Source of the DNA: Octopus sinensis
Lineage: Eukaryota
Assembly (NCBI RefSeq): GCF_006345805.1
Contig: NC_043005.1
Span: 17,670,001-17,734,000 of the forward strand
Length of the DNA: 64,000 bases
Direction of reading: 5' to 3'
A program made the translations under genes and the position numbers. The notes under the pieces were generated by a model. It was not told the origin of the DNA, made no database searches, and worked only from the letters and a program-made list of their open reading frames with translations. Shown here in pieces: positions 14,239 through 26,500 of the stretch. The stretch's first letter is position 1; every line of letters begins with the position of its first letter.

Positions 14239-14299
<61 letters not shown>
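12745..14299. repeat. Tandem triplication of a ~226-bp unique unit spaced by compound (TA)/(TG) microsatellite (period ~420 bp)
   Basis: Apparently identical units TGCTTAGTCAGG...CTACTACAGGGTATG occur at 13174-13399, 13597-13822 and 14017-14242. Confidence 0.95.
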
Positions 14300-14300
<1 letters not shown>

Positions 14301-15123
14301 CTTCTACTACACATGTGGGAAATTCTGTCTGTGAGTGGTTCGTGGAGTTGTTAGCTAACTCCTCCTACATCGTTTTATCGATTTTGATGAAACTTGACAT
14401 TTAAGTAGAACTCATATCTGGAAACCTCATGGAATACTCAGATAGTTGGAAAAAAAAAAAATCGATAATAGGGCCCCTGGAAAGGATCCTTATATATAGC
14501 CAAGGGGAGTAACCCATTCATTTTCCTAAATTATTTGCTAAAAATGAAATTGAATATGCTTATTTCTTAGTATTTGAACTGTTACAGTTATTTTCGCAAT
14601 TTATCCAGTGCAACCCTTAAACAAGTAAATAGTCTTTTCCTAAACAATAGATCCACATATTTCGGTTAGTGACATCCACAAATATACCATCACTTGAGCT
14701 CCTGGGAATACATGAAAGCCCTTTTCAGAGTTATTTACTTTGAACTGTTATTATCTCATATCTGATTAGCCTGTTATTATGTACCATGTTTCACGATTTT
14801 AGTATACATACCATATTAGCATTTCCTCCTATGTTCTATATACTCTGGGAATGCATTAATGCCCTTTTCGGGGCTACTTTATTTGAATTCTTACAATCAA
14901 GTAACTAGTTTCATGTTATTACATAAATGGCTTCACAATTTGGGTATTCATAACTTATTGGGAATTCCTAAAAATAATATCCTGTGTAAGACAGTTCGGT
15001 ATTCTCTGTAAATGCATAAAAACCGTTTTAACGGCTACATACTTTGTTTTATTGTTATTGGATTAGTGAAGCAATTATGAGAACGGGACCAAGGAGTAAG
15101 CCCCACTTTCCCGAGTATGTCAG

Positions 15124-15127
<4 letters not shown>
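14300..15127 (+). mobile_element. Probable non-autonomous Helitron
   Basis: The 5' end is A|TC at 14300. The 3' end is CTAG|T at 15124-15128, preceded by CGGGA...TCCCG inverted bases. It carries a CGATTTTGATGAAAC motif and internal degenerate ~140-bp subrepeats. No TSD. Confidence 0.6.
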
Positions 15128-15201
<74 letters not shown>

Positions 15202-15209
15202 ATATATGA

Positions 15210-15574
15210 GGCACAATGGCCCAGTGGTTAAGGCAGAGGACTCACGGTCGTAGAATCATGGTTTCGATTCCCAGACCAGGTGTTGAGTGTTTATAGGGCG
15301 AAAACACCTGAAGCTCCACGAGACTCCGGCAGTGGGTAGTGGTGAACCCTGCTGTAACTCTTTTACCACAACTTTCTCCCACTCTTTCTTCCTGTTTCTG
15401 TTGTACATGTATTTCAAAGGGCCATCCTTGTTACACACTGTGTCATGCTGAATCTCCCTGAGAACTATGTTATGGGTACACATGTCCGTGGAGTGCTCAG
15501 TCATAATTTCATGAGCAGGCTGTTCCATTGATTGGATCAACTGGAACCCTCATCATTGTAACCGACGGAGTGCC
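15210..15574 (+). mobile_element. tRNA-derived SINE, family A
   Basis: Head GGCACAATGGCCCAGTGGTTAAGGCA...GGTTTCGATTCCC (A box and B box). Homologous to 31798-32172. Confidence 0.9.
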
Positions 15575-15589
15575 ATGATATACATACAT

Positions 15590-15743
15590 AATACGTACAT
15601 ATATACATATATATACATATACATATACATATATACATATACATATATACATATATATATACATATACATATATACATATATATATATACATATATACAT
15701 ATACATATATATACATACATATACATATATACATATACATATA

Positions 15744-15776
<33 letters not shown>

Positions 15777-15971
15777 ACATATATATATATACATATACAT
15801 ATACATATATACATATACATATATACATATATATATATATACATATATATATATACATATATATATATACATATATATACATATAATATATATATACATA
15901 TATATATATACATATATATATATACATATATATATATACATATATATATTACATATATATATATATATATA
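15590..15971. repeat. (TATACA)n/(TA)n compound microsatellite
   Basis: Direct reading. Confidence 0.95.
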
Positions 15972-15999
15972 ACTGAAGGCATATAGTATAATAGAGGGG

Positions 16000-16220
16000 T
16001 TGTGGGTTCAACTGGACTGGACAGTGTGTTGTGTTGTCCTTAACCAAGACCCTTCCGTTCATATCAATTCAGTTCACTCAGCTAAAACTGAGTGCGACAT
16101 CGGGGAGGGGGTGCCTTGTAACAAGCATCTAAATCAAGATGGGAGAAGAGCTGTGTACTCTCAGTCACTTAATGCTACGGAAACTGGGATGAGCTCCAAC
16201 CTAATGAACCATCAGCTCGA
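16000..16220 (+). mobile_element. Old SINE remnant with a V-SINE-like central segment
   Basis: CAGTTCACTCAGCT (shared with 38522) and CTCTCAGTCACTTAATGCTACGGAAACTGGGATGAGCTCC resemble conserved metazoan SINE central domains (recall). Confidence 0.45.
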
Positions 16221-16661
16221 GAAAACTGAGGTAATATCTTCAATAATAGGAAAGAACACTTAAGAGGCACTCTAACAACAAAATGGTAAGTATATGCAAA
16301 AGAGATGACTGGTGGGCGGGAGGTCATGAGTGTTAGAAAGAACCGTGAAATCTGCGATAATTTTCATAGAACAAAAATACCAGTTATCAACAATGGTCCC
16401 ACTTATCAAGGTTTCAAAGACCTCAAGAAAAGAGGGGGGTTATTTCCTGGATAAGAAAAAGAGAATGCGAGTGAGAGAGAGAATGTATGAGAGAGAGAGA
16501 GAGAGAGAGAGTGCAAGTGAGTCAGTGAGAGTGCGAGTCAAGTGAGCGAGTGAAAGTGCAAGTGAGAGTGTGAGAGTAAGGGAGTGTGAGCGAATGAGGG
16601 TGCAAGTGAGCGAGTGGGGGTGCAAGTGAGCAAGTTGCAGAGCGAGTGAGTGTGTGAGTAA

Positions 16662-16780
16662 GTGTTGTGAGTGTGAAGGTGTTGTGAGTGTGAAAGTGTT
16701 GTGAGTGTGAAAGTGTTGTGAGTGTGAAAGTGTTGTGAGTGTGAAAGTGTTGTGAGTGTGAAAGTGTTGTGAGTGTGAAA
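16662..16780. repeat. 17-bp minisatellite (GTGTTGTGAGTGTGAAA) x7
   Basis: Direct reading. It is preceded by degenerate GAGT-rich repeats from about 16470. Confidence 0.9.
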
Positions 16781-18743
16781 ATGTGAGTACATGCATGCAA
16801 GCCAGAGAAAAGAACAAAACTAGGAATAAAGACTAGTATGTAAGGCTTAACTCATAACCGTATTGGTTGCGATAGATATATATTTTATTTCTAAAAGAAA
16901 ATGAAAAGGGTGCCAATGACTAAAACAAAAAGTAGCATTTAGGGGTTCATCATAATACCAATTTATAATTTTGGTACAAGGCCACAAGTTTTAAATGAAG
17001 AAACAGTCAACTGAATTGAACCAATTATTTTATTGGTAATTAATATATAGCTATTACACCACTAAAAATATGATATTGACTGTTTAGATTATACAAAATC
17101 TAAACCTAACAAATAAAGTAACTCAAGGCACTGAATAAAAAAAAATGTCCTTAACATGGTTACTTGACCTACTAGAAATAATAGCTAAATCTCCCTCAAA
17201 TAACACATCAAGGAAGAGATGTGTAGGATAATGTAGTCCTTAATACATTGTACTTCAAACAAAGGCAAAATGATTACACCTAGAGCGCTTTTGACCATAG
17301 GTCTGCAAAACCAAGGCTATACTGGGATTCAGTCCCAACAACTGCTAAAATAAATACAAAACTATTTGAGGAATTAAAAGAAGTTTCAGTTAATTAAGAG
17401 ACATGGACAAAGAGTTTACAATAATTGATTTTCGCACAGTGATAGTAGTGGCTGGGATGGCATGGAATGTGGGGTGATTATAAGGTGTAAAATGCCAATT
17501 AATTTAATATGGCTGTTGGCTATATTTAGAGTACCTTTAAGCAATATTCACTTTGTTGTACAAGCATTCAGACCACATCTTCAATTAGTACTCCATACAG
17601 GTTTTCCCTTTAACTGCTAACCTACAAAATGTCTGGGTTGGATATCAGTCACTTTTATTTTAGTCTGGGAAAGCTTGGGAGGGTTACAGACACCATACTC
17701 ACTCCATTAACTAATTTACTTTTCAAAAGACGTATTACTCAAAATTTACAACAATATTTTGTTTTATCATCTTCAAGCTCATAGTTAACTAAAATCCTAA
17801 CAAAGATTGATTTTTACTCTCCATCTTTGTTGTTAATTAAAAGTACAAGTAAAATAGCATCAATCAATTCAGTCAAATGGACTAGTGTCTAAGTCATAGA
17901 TTTTTAAAGATATACTAGAATTATATCAAGAAGACCTGATGTCTACATTTCTAATTTTTCACAGGACATAAGTTAGAAGCTTTAGAGAAACAAAACAGAA
18001 TCATAGCTGCAGTATAACCAAGACAAATGATTTCTAGAAGCTGCAGTAGTGTTGCATCAGTACTAGTCTTGCACTTTTAAACATACTTTGGTTAATCACA
18101 GTGTACAGCATGACTGAGTTAGAGTGGACTGAGCAAGCCTATGATCAAATGAATTCCAGCAATGACCATCCTGTTACTGCTGCGTGGCTTAAGAGTAGAT
18201 TATTTAGTGTTTCCTTTCCTTAGTGGTTACGATGGTAGAGCAACTGCATAGAAGTTCTCTTATTGGCTGGTTTGTCATCAAGACAAATACACCAACAATT
18301 TGCTTGCTGCTCAAACAATTTTACTATATACTGCAGAATGTAAATGACTTCTAACATTGGCACAAGGCCACAAATTTGAGGGAGGACATTGTCAATTAAA
18401 TCGATTCCAGTACTTGACTGCAGAAAGATTTCTTAAACAAGGTCAGAAAATTAGAGGACGGGGAATTGTCAATTACACTGAACCCAGTACTTGACAAAGA
18501 TTTATTTCATTAACCCTAGAAAAAGATCAACAAAGTCAGTGAGCCTTGACAGGATTTGAATAATACATCAAATAGAAGGTTGCTTTTCCTAGCGGCTCAA
18601 TAAATCTGATTTAATCTCAACCATACAAATTAAATTGTCAATTTACACAGAGTTCCTATAACTTACTAAACATCAGTCAGCCTCTCTTCCTTGTTACACA
18701 ATAATTTTGGAACACAAAACATCCACGTAGATCTTAATATGCG

Positions 18744-19206
18744 TAGAATTCTGTTTAACACATGGCATATGACCTCACATAACTTTTTTTTATTTTTTGG
18801 AATTTCCAGAAAACTTTTGTGAATTTGTGTTCTACACACAGGTATTCACATGACTACGGAAAATATTTAAAAAAATCATTTTAATTAAAATTTTTTTTTT
18901 TAAATCACACTTTAAAATCCAGACAGTTCGAATCTTTGGCTGAAATCACAGCAATAGATCATTAAATGTGTTTGCAGGAAGAAAGATTGCAAAACATCAA
19001 TACATCAGAGAGACAAACAAATGAGGACAGTAATGAAGTGGTCATTAGATGTGCTAAAAATAACTGCTAAATACCCCTTAAATCACATAAAAATTCCCAT
19101 GTGTAGAACACAAATTCGTAAAAGTCTTCTGAAAATTCCAAAAACATAAAAAGTTACATGTAAAGCAAAATTTCACCCAAATGTGTCATAAACTCAGAAC
19201 ATTCTA
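18744..19206. mobile_element. Foldback-type MITE with long imperfect TIRs
   Basis: 18777-18843 (ACATAAC...GGAATTTCCAGAAAACTTTTGTGAATTTGTGTTCTACACA) is the inverse of 19096-19161. The outer TAGAATTCTG / CAGAACATTCTA also pair. Confidence 0.7.
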
Positions 19207-20017
19207 TGAATGGATACATATCCTATAAGGAAGTTGCACATCATCCTTCTTGGACAATAATTCATTGTCTCAGTCATAATGGTCCTCTCCCACACTGGAT
19301 GAATGTGAGTAGCTAGTATTAGGAAACAGTAACTCCATCACTAAAACAATTCATAAGCTAATCAATTTGTAGAACTACTTAACTATAGAAATACAGACAT
19401 GAGACAGCAAATACATTAATAATATTAATAATAATAATAATAATGAAAATAATAATAGCAACTATTAGTACAAGGCCATACTTTTAGAGGAAGGGCTCAG
19501 CAGATTAAATCCAATACAAAACTGGGATGGATGAAAAGCAAAGTTGATCTTGGCAGTATTTTAATTCTGAATGTAAAATGATGTAAATAAACACCACAAG
19601 GTATCAAATCTGGCATTTTATCATTTATGCCATCTAGTAATAATAAAAAAAAAAAGCACAGACAAATAGCAAGACTAGGCACTGCACACATCTTACATAA
19701 AATACTCAATAGAACATGTAAACAAAAAATACTGCAAGCAGCTGCACTCGGTTTTGTAGTGAAACACACAAAAACAATATTTAAGTAATAACGGAAATAA
19801 TAGCAATAATTAATGATTTAATTGGTAAAGAGAAGTAGTTTGGAAAATACAGAAATTAAGTCGGAAATCTGATGATAAAATATCTCAGTCGACAAAGAAA
19901 TTACTGAATGAATGGAAGTACTGTGATGTAGGCCGATAAACCTGAGAAAACCAGCAAGTTCACAAGAGCTTATTTCGTTTTCTTGTTTCATACTCATGGA
20001 CGAAAAGCATGAATATA

Positions 20018-20426
20018 ACTCTTACTCTTTTACTTGTTTCAGTCATTTGACTGCGGCCATGCTGGAGCACCGCCTTTAATCGAGCAACTCGACCCCGGGA
20101 CTTATTCTTTTTGTAAGCCCAGTACTTATTCTATTGGTCTCTTTGCCAAACTGCTAAGTGACGGGGACATAAACACACCAGCATCGGTTGTCAAGCGATG
20201 TTGGAGGGACAAACACAGATATACAAACTCACACACACACATATATATATAAATACTTATATACGACGGGCTTCTTTCAGTTTCCATCTACCAAATCCAC
20301 TCACAAGGCTTTGGTTGGCCCGAGGCTATAGTAGAAGACACTTGCCCAAGGTGCCACGCAGTGGGACTGAACCCGGAACCATGTGGTTGGTAAACAAGCT
20401 ACCTACCACACAGCCACTCCTGCGCC
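20018..20426 (-). mobile_element. tRNA-derived SINE, family B (young, CpG-rich)
   Basis: Full head GGCGCAGGAGTGGCTGTGTGGTAG...CCGGGTTCAGTCCC on the minus strand, with an (AAGAGT)n-like tail. Confidence 0.92.
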
Positions 20427-20477
20427 TATAAGAGCATTTTTTTTATTTTTGTTTTCTCATTATAATTTTGAGATAAA

Positions 20478-20692
20478 GGCGGCGAGCTGGCAGATATGTT
20501 AAGATGCCAGGCAAAATGCTTAGTGGGTAATTTTGTCTGTCTTTACGTTCTGAGTTCAAATTCCACCGAGGTTGACTTCATCTTTCATCCTTTCAAGGTT
20601 GATAAATTAAGTAAGAGCTGCGTACCAGAGTCGATCTAATCAACTGGGCCCCCTCCTCCAAAATTTCGGGCCACATATCTAGAGCAGAAAAG
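20478..20692 (+). mobile_element. SINE family C
   Basis: GGCGGCGAGCTGGCAGA...GAGTTCAAATTCC (B-box-like). Flanked by a TSD-like repeat ATAATTTT(T)GAGAT at 20462-20474 and 20693-20705. Confidence 0.85.
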
Positions 20693-21835
20693 ATAATTTT
20701 GAGATTTTATGCTCTTTTTGTGCTAGCTTTTCCATGCTGGTATGGATTGGCTGAGTTTTCTGAGTTGGTGTATCATGCAATGAGATGCACTTTTCATCAC
20801 CAATCCTTTTAGTCACCCCTTAAAACAATTATAAACCCAACAAACACACCATTGTGACTGCATCTAATATACTATTTAATGAAAACTACTTATTGCTGAC
20901 GAGCTAAAAAAGAGCTGGCAAGTAACTTACTGCTATAGATGACAAAGTATGGCTGTACTTGAGTAGGTCATCTGAACACAATGTATGTAGATCAACACAC
21001 CAGAAACAATGGATGCCTCTCAGAAGACATCCCTCAACTGATGCTGGACTGGGATGGATGGTGTATGCAGATCAATAATGTTTGAGCAAGCTCAACCAGA
21101 TGATGATGATGATGAAAACTACTTACAGAAGATTTCAAACTTTCCCAGTGGTTATGCAAAGGGTATTGGTTAAGAATGGTGCACCACTTGGCACAGTTAT
21201 AAATGATGTAATGATTGAGCCACACTAAAATAAATACTGAATGTCAAAATTGTTAAGAAACTAAAGGAAAAGGACAATTAGAGGGAACAAAACAAAAAAA
21301 AGAGTCTCTTAAAAAGATACCACAGCAAAGTTTCGGGAAATTTCTCATTTCTAAGTAAATTACAGTAAGCTGTTCAAAAATTAACCCTGATCCATCAAAT
21401 AGACCAATAATCAAGAGCATTACAGCAACGATAATCCTTTTTAAGCAAATTATCCAGGACTACATTATCTAACGTGTCCTTCCTTTATAAAATTTTGAGG
21501 GAGATTTGACAGCTATTTCTACCGCCAGTCTAGTAAAAGTTTGTTTGTATCCCATCACTGGCAATTAGTTTGGGTTCGCAATATTGTTTTCTGAAAGTAA
21601 AAAAAAATGTAAAGGCTACAATGTATTTACAGTGATACATCACCTAAGCCCAAGGGTCCGGTTTTACTGGTGTTAAGCAAATGAGAAAACTGGATAGTAC
21701 TGAAGCACTGAAGACCAACATGCTCAAGTAATCTATTAACCATTGTTAACAGCTAGAGTGATGTAAGGAATGTAATATAGAACAAAGTGTCTGCCTACTC
21801 ATGACCACAGCCAGTATATCTGAAGTGGATTTTAA

Positions 21836-22040
21836 CCCTTTAGTATTTAAACCGGCCATATCTGGCCAAAATAGTTAATCTGTTTTATGTTCAAACTGAC
21901 CAGATCCAGGCTCTCACACCTACCCTACAATGTTATTCTACATTAAGTAATTACACCATCAAGATCTTGAAGATGATTAATTCAAATCAATGTGAATCAA
22001 TAAGCATTATGTTTGATAGAATAATCTGAACACTAAAGGG
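21836..22040. mobile_element. piggyBac-like MITE (second family)
   Basis: TTAA TSD at 21832-21835 and 22041-22044. TIRs CCCTTTAGTATTTAAA / TCTGAACACTAAAGGG. Confidence 0.8.
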
Positions 22041-23849
22041 TTAAAGAGTCTGCTGAATAATCTATGGATCCTTAAGAATGGCAAAGTACGACAGAGTAAG
22101 AATAACAGCATTTAGATACAAACTGAAAATATTGTAATTAGCTTTAGATAGGTATTGTTACAAAAGTCAACTGATAACATTAGGGCTTCTGTGATTGTTC
22201 AATCTGTGAGAAATAGCCAGATCTCTTTCATTCAATGTCTTACCATAAAAAAAAAAGGCACATTCGATAATATCTTCCAAGTTAAACTAAATCCAAGAAA
22301 AAAAAAAAAGGCTGGTCACAGTTGGAAAGTCTGGTAATATCTGCTGAATAAGAGCTAACCTGTACCTAACCAATTGCAGAACAATAAATCAATTTTAGAC
22401 TAACAAAAAAAAAAATTTTCACCATTTCCTTTGTATATAAGCTGAGGAGATATAGAAAGAGATAGGAAGGGAAAAAAAACCCATAATTTACATATTTAGA
22501 CAGACAAGCCTGCAATCATGAAGTCTGGTCTTACAAGAGATATATTTGCCAATAATCATTTGCTTTTGTGCTAATGACTGACTGGGAACAGCTATATAAA
22601 ACACATCAGTCATAACTTACCTCTAACCCAGTAATTCTCTGAGGGCTGCTGCATTGTTCTATGTACACATACATGTCTTTAGCACAAGTCATATTTTTCT
22701 CCCTGCCATTAACAATCAATGCCTCATCTGTATGTCTCTCCCTCTCCCTCTCTCTCTCTCTCACACACACACACACAAATTGTTACTCTCTCTTGATAAG
22801 TGAAAACAAATACATACACAGTTTTAATGGATTCTTTATAAATGTTAATACTGATTTGAATGACTCCTGGTGAATGTGAAATTCTCTCTCTAACATTTCT
22901 ATGATTTTACAAATACATTTATGAGTCTGTTCGGAACCTAAAGACTGCTGACTGCAAACACTGTCTGACTTCCCCCCTCATCATGTACACACTTCAAAAT
23001 ATCAAAAACATCAACACAATTGCACAATACATGCATACAGTGAACCAGTGACTGACCAGCTGAAAACCTGTAACCAATATGATACAACTGTCCACAAAAT
23101 GCAATGTTAAAATGCAGTGTAAGCTTTGTTGAATCATCATTTTCCCAAGCTGCAAAAAATATACTTATCTCTCTATTTCTCTCTCTCTCTCACTAACTCC
23201 AATCTTCATGGTAACCATTACTCTCACAGCATCATTTCTTTATCACTTACTGCTGACAACTATTACTCTCTCTTTCACTTCCATTACTTTGTCTCTCTCC
23301 CTCCTATCACATCACGCAAGCTGTTTTTCTAATCAATCATCTAGCAACATGTAACTATCGATATCTTTATCCCTCTGCCATTACACTTTCCTCTATCACA
23401 TTGGGTCTCTCTCATCGCTCTGCTATTCACCTTGAATTCATCTGCTTTTTATCATGTTCCTGAACGGAATCAGTGAAGCAAAACAGAGAACTGGACTTCA
23501 TAAAGGAACACAAAAGGGCTGTAACAAAGCTTAGATACTAGGTAGATAAAAGTTGGCTGAAATGGTTCACACCTTTCATATACAATATCTTTATCTTCTC
23601 TCAATAAGAAAAAAAAAATCTAATTAAACCATCATGGCTAATTTGAATAATATTTAAATGTGGAAGAATTTAACATTAGTACCACATACAATGGGGCAAG
23701 AAAATCCAAAGACTCAGTGCTCAGCAACTTGACACTACTAACAATACAAAAACTATTAGAGAAATTAACTAGTCTTTATTAATTTAATACTCCTATGTCC
23801 AAGCTTACATGGATTGGATGTTCTTTTCTAGTAGTTTCAGTATTTTTTA

Positions 23850-24900
23850 GTCATTTGTCAAATTCTTGAGGGTCAGCCTTTTGACGGCATAAGCTTTCAT
23901 TATTCATCTTCCCATGTCAGCACAGGCCACCCTCTCCCACAGGTTTTTCTACATGGATCAATTGGCATTTTTTTACCCAACTGTCACCCTTCACAGGCAT
24001 ATCCACACCATTGGTCTTTGCTCTTGCATATAGCATTTGATTCCTCTTGCACCGTATTCTTCTTCTCTCAGCACATCTGTGCTCTGTTGTTCATGCATAA
24101 CCTTACAGTATGCAACAAAGAATGCTTGTCTTCCTTTCCAGCATTTGTCCATCCTCAACATTCAACATACATGGTTCTCTGGCATACAACATTGCTCTTT
24201 GTGCACAAGAATCATACAATCTGTTCTTTATTGAGAAACATACACCAGCAGAGGTAGTAACTGAACTTTTTCCACTGCAATTACACTCTGGCTACAACAC
24301 TCGGAGCACTCACTTCCACAAATAATTAAGACATGGTAGCTATTAACTATTTCTAGGGAGGCTTCTGAATATTTGAAAGAATTTTATGGATACTCTTTCA
24401 GTCACCACTCTTGTATGTCTACTACATATGAAGTTCCTTTTCTCTTTCAACCTGCTTGTGATACCACTGCAACTCTTGGGCACCTAGTTTACACCTTGTG
24501 CACATTAAAGAATTCCTACCAACTTTTCTGCATGTTGAGAACCTAACTCCAAGACTTATAATTTTTGTCTTTACTAAGACCTTTTCAGGAACTCTTAATT
24601 CTAAATCAGGCTCCTATGTTGGAATTTATGAGAACTGGGTCATCAGTGTCAAAAGTTCTGGCAGGCAGCTGGTCATCAACTCCTGCCATGACTTGGAGAA
24701 CTATAATAAACCAGCAAGCTGACAACTGAATTCCTGTGGACACCTACCAAAATTCCTTGTTGAACTCATTGCTAACTCATTTTGCTGGTAGCATCACTAT
24801 ATATGGTTTGCATTGCTCTCACAAACTATTTGTCTACCTAGTATTCTTAGCAACCTGCAGACCAGTGAGTAAGGTCCCTATTAAAGTCCTCCCACAAATC
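23850..24900 (-). mobile_element. Decayed RTE LINE, RT and C-terminal half
   Basis: The minus strand gives a frameshifted CLPELL(Y)TDDPVL near 24630-24670 (the WELLYADDL motif), and RLYDSCAQRAMLYARE near 24180-24225, like the RTE RLY.ACVR.AMLYGSE motif. Confidence 0.65.
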
Positions 24901-25149
24901 AGCCAGTATTATATCACCAGACAGTAACAGCAAAATGAGTTCAAATTTTTTTTAGTTGTTTCACTTAGAAAAAACAGTGATACTGTTCTGGTATCAACTC
25001 AAACTATCACATCTGAACTAGTTCCTTTCCTCATCAATTGTGTTATAACTCTTTCTGTTACTTCCATATCTTGGTCTATCAATAGCTGCTTTTTCAAGCA
25101 CCCCCTTTGTTACTGTTGATGATAGTCCTATGTCAGTCATTAGGTAGGA

Positions 25150-26500
25150 TACCTTCTTGTAGCACCTATTTGACTGAGCAAATGATTAGTACATGCTCCA
25201 CCTCACATATTTTCAGCATTTAAGTGACTAAATCTGGTCCAGCTGCTTTCCTTGCCTGTGTATCCTTAATTTTTCAGCCATATACTCCTGTCAGGTCTAG
25301 TTGGAGTATCCCCACCTCTCACATAGCAACTCTTGTAGTAACACTCTACTGCCTCTTTCTACTTGGCATCAACGAAGCCAAGTGCATAGCTGTCATTCCA
25401 TACATATTTTCCTTCAACTTCTTGATTTGACAATGCTCTGCAATCTAGAACACCCCCACAACTCTGCACATTAGCTAACTTCATACTTTCAACTCCTCTC
25501 TTTGCTGTATATACTCTGATGTCTAGCTTCTCTTCTAGCAACCCATCCCACCCACCTTCTAGGCCTGTCTTTTATCATATATGGCTATCTACCGTCAAGT
25601 GTTTAGCTAGAACCTTTCTCTGCCCACAAATATGGATTGTCTCACAGAAACCCCCAGCTGCTCTGTTATAAGTTTCTATCTGCTCCATCTTTTCATATGG
25701 TTCAACTAATTCTTCTTTGAACTTTTAAATATCCAAGCATCTTTCAGCTTCCATACTTTGCTTCTGCAGATTGTATTGCATTTCCAAGTCTAAATCTTAT
25801 TCTCACTAGTCTCTGCCGAGTGGTACAGTCTTCATCTCAGGACTAAGAATGATAAACAGCCATCTATCAATCTATCCCATTTCTAGGAAAGTATGATGTT
25901 TACCTCACGTAGGCACCTGACTGGCTAGAGGGATTCCTGAAGATATTATTGCAAGTGGTTGGAACATTTGCACCACAGAATCTCAAGAGCTTTGATCTCT
26001 TCTCATTCCTCATACATCTGTAGCCTCCATGTACACCAGATTAATTATGAGTCATCCAACATGTCAATGAAAGTCCTCAATTGTTATCAAAGTAGTCTGG
26101 ATGGAACCTCAGAGAAACAATCCTTTTGCTCATTTGTCACTTCCAATTGTGATGCATATGCAGAGAAAGCTGTTGCTGCAATGCTGTCCGTCACTAGTTT
26201 AAGCTTAATTGTTCTATCATCACAAGCTCGGACTACTTCAATTATTTTATCCATTTTCTGCTAACCTATGTAACTTACACCAGCACTGTCACCCAACCAA
26301 AAGAATTTGTGCCTGTGTCCCCCGTCTCTGAAGAATTTGACTGAAGCTCCTTGCCATCTAGCGTCCTATACACCATAAACACATCTATTTGCTTCTGCTC
26401 TAGCATCTCTACAATCTCACTAGAGTCACATTTGATCAGGTTAGCACAAATATTAGCAGCCCTGAAGTTTTGTTCCCAACATGAAGAAGGGAGTTTCTGG
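25150..26500 (-). mobile_element. Decayed, internally deleted RTE LINE (APE endonuclease plus 3' end)
   Basis: 26470-26150 reads EIVEMLEQKQIDV...RWQGAS...HKFFW...DKIIEVVRACDRTIKLKLV...FSAYASQ (RTE endonuclease N-terminus). 25541-25360 reads LEEKLDIR..., like the RTE C-terminal LREKLGIR. Confidence 0.75.

Noticed and set aside
13174-14242. Retrozyme-like tandem array (CTGAAGA-TCTGGT...ACCAGA in each cassette)
   Set aside because: The stem is followed by GAGG rather than GAAA, and no stem I partner was found. The spacers are microsatellite, so it is not CRISPR-like either.
15210-15285. tRNA gene
   Set aside because: The tRNA-like A/B boxes continue into a ~365-bp body repeated at 31798-32172, so this is a SINE head. 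The same applies to families B and C.
12744-15982. YI/CV-rich ORFs of 100-180 aa
   Set aside because: Translations of (TA)/(TG)/(TATACA) microsatellites.
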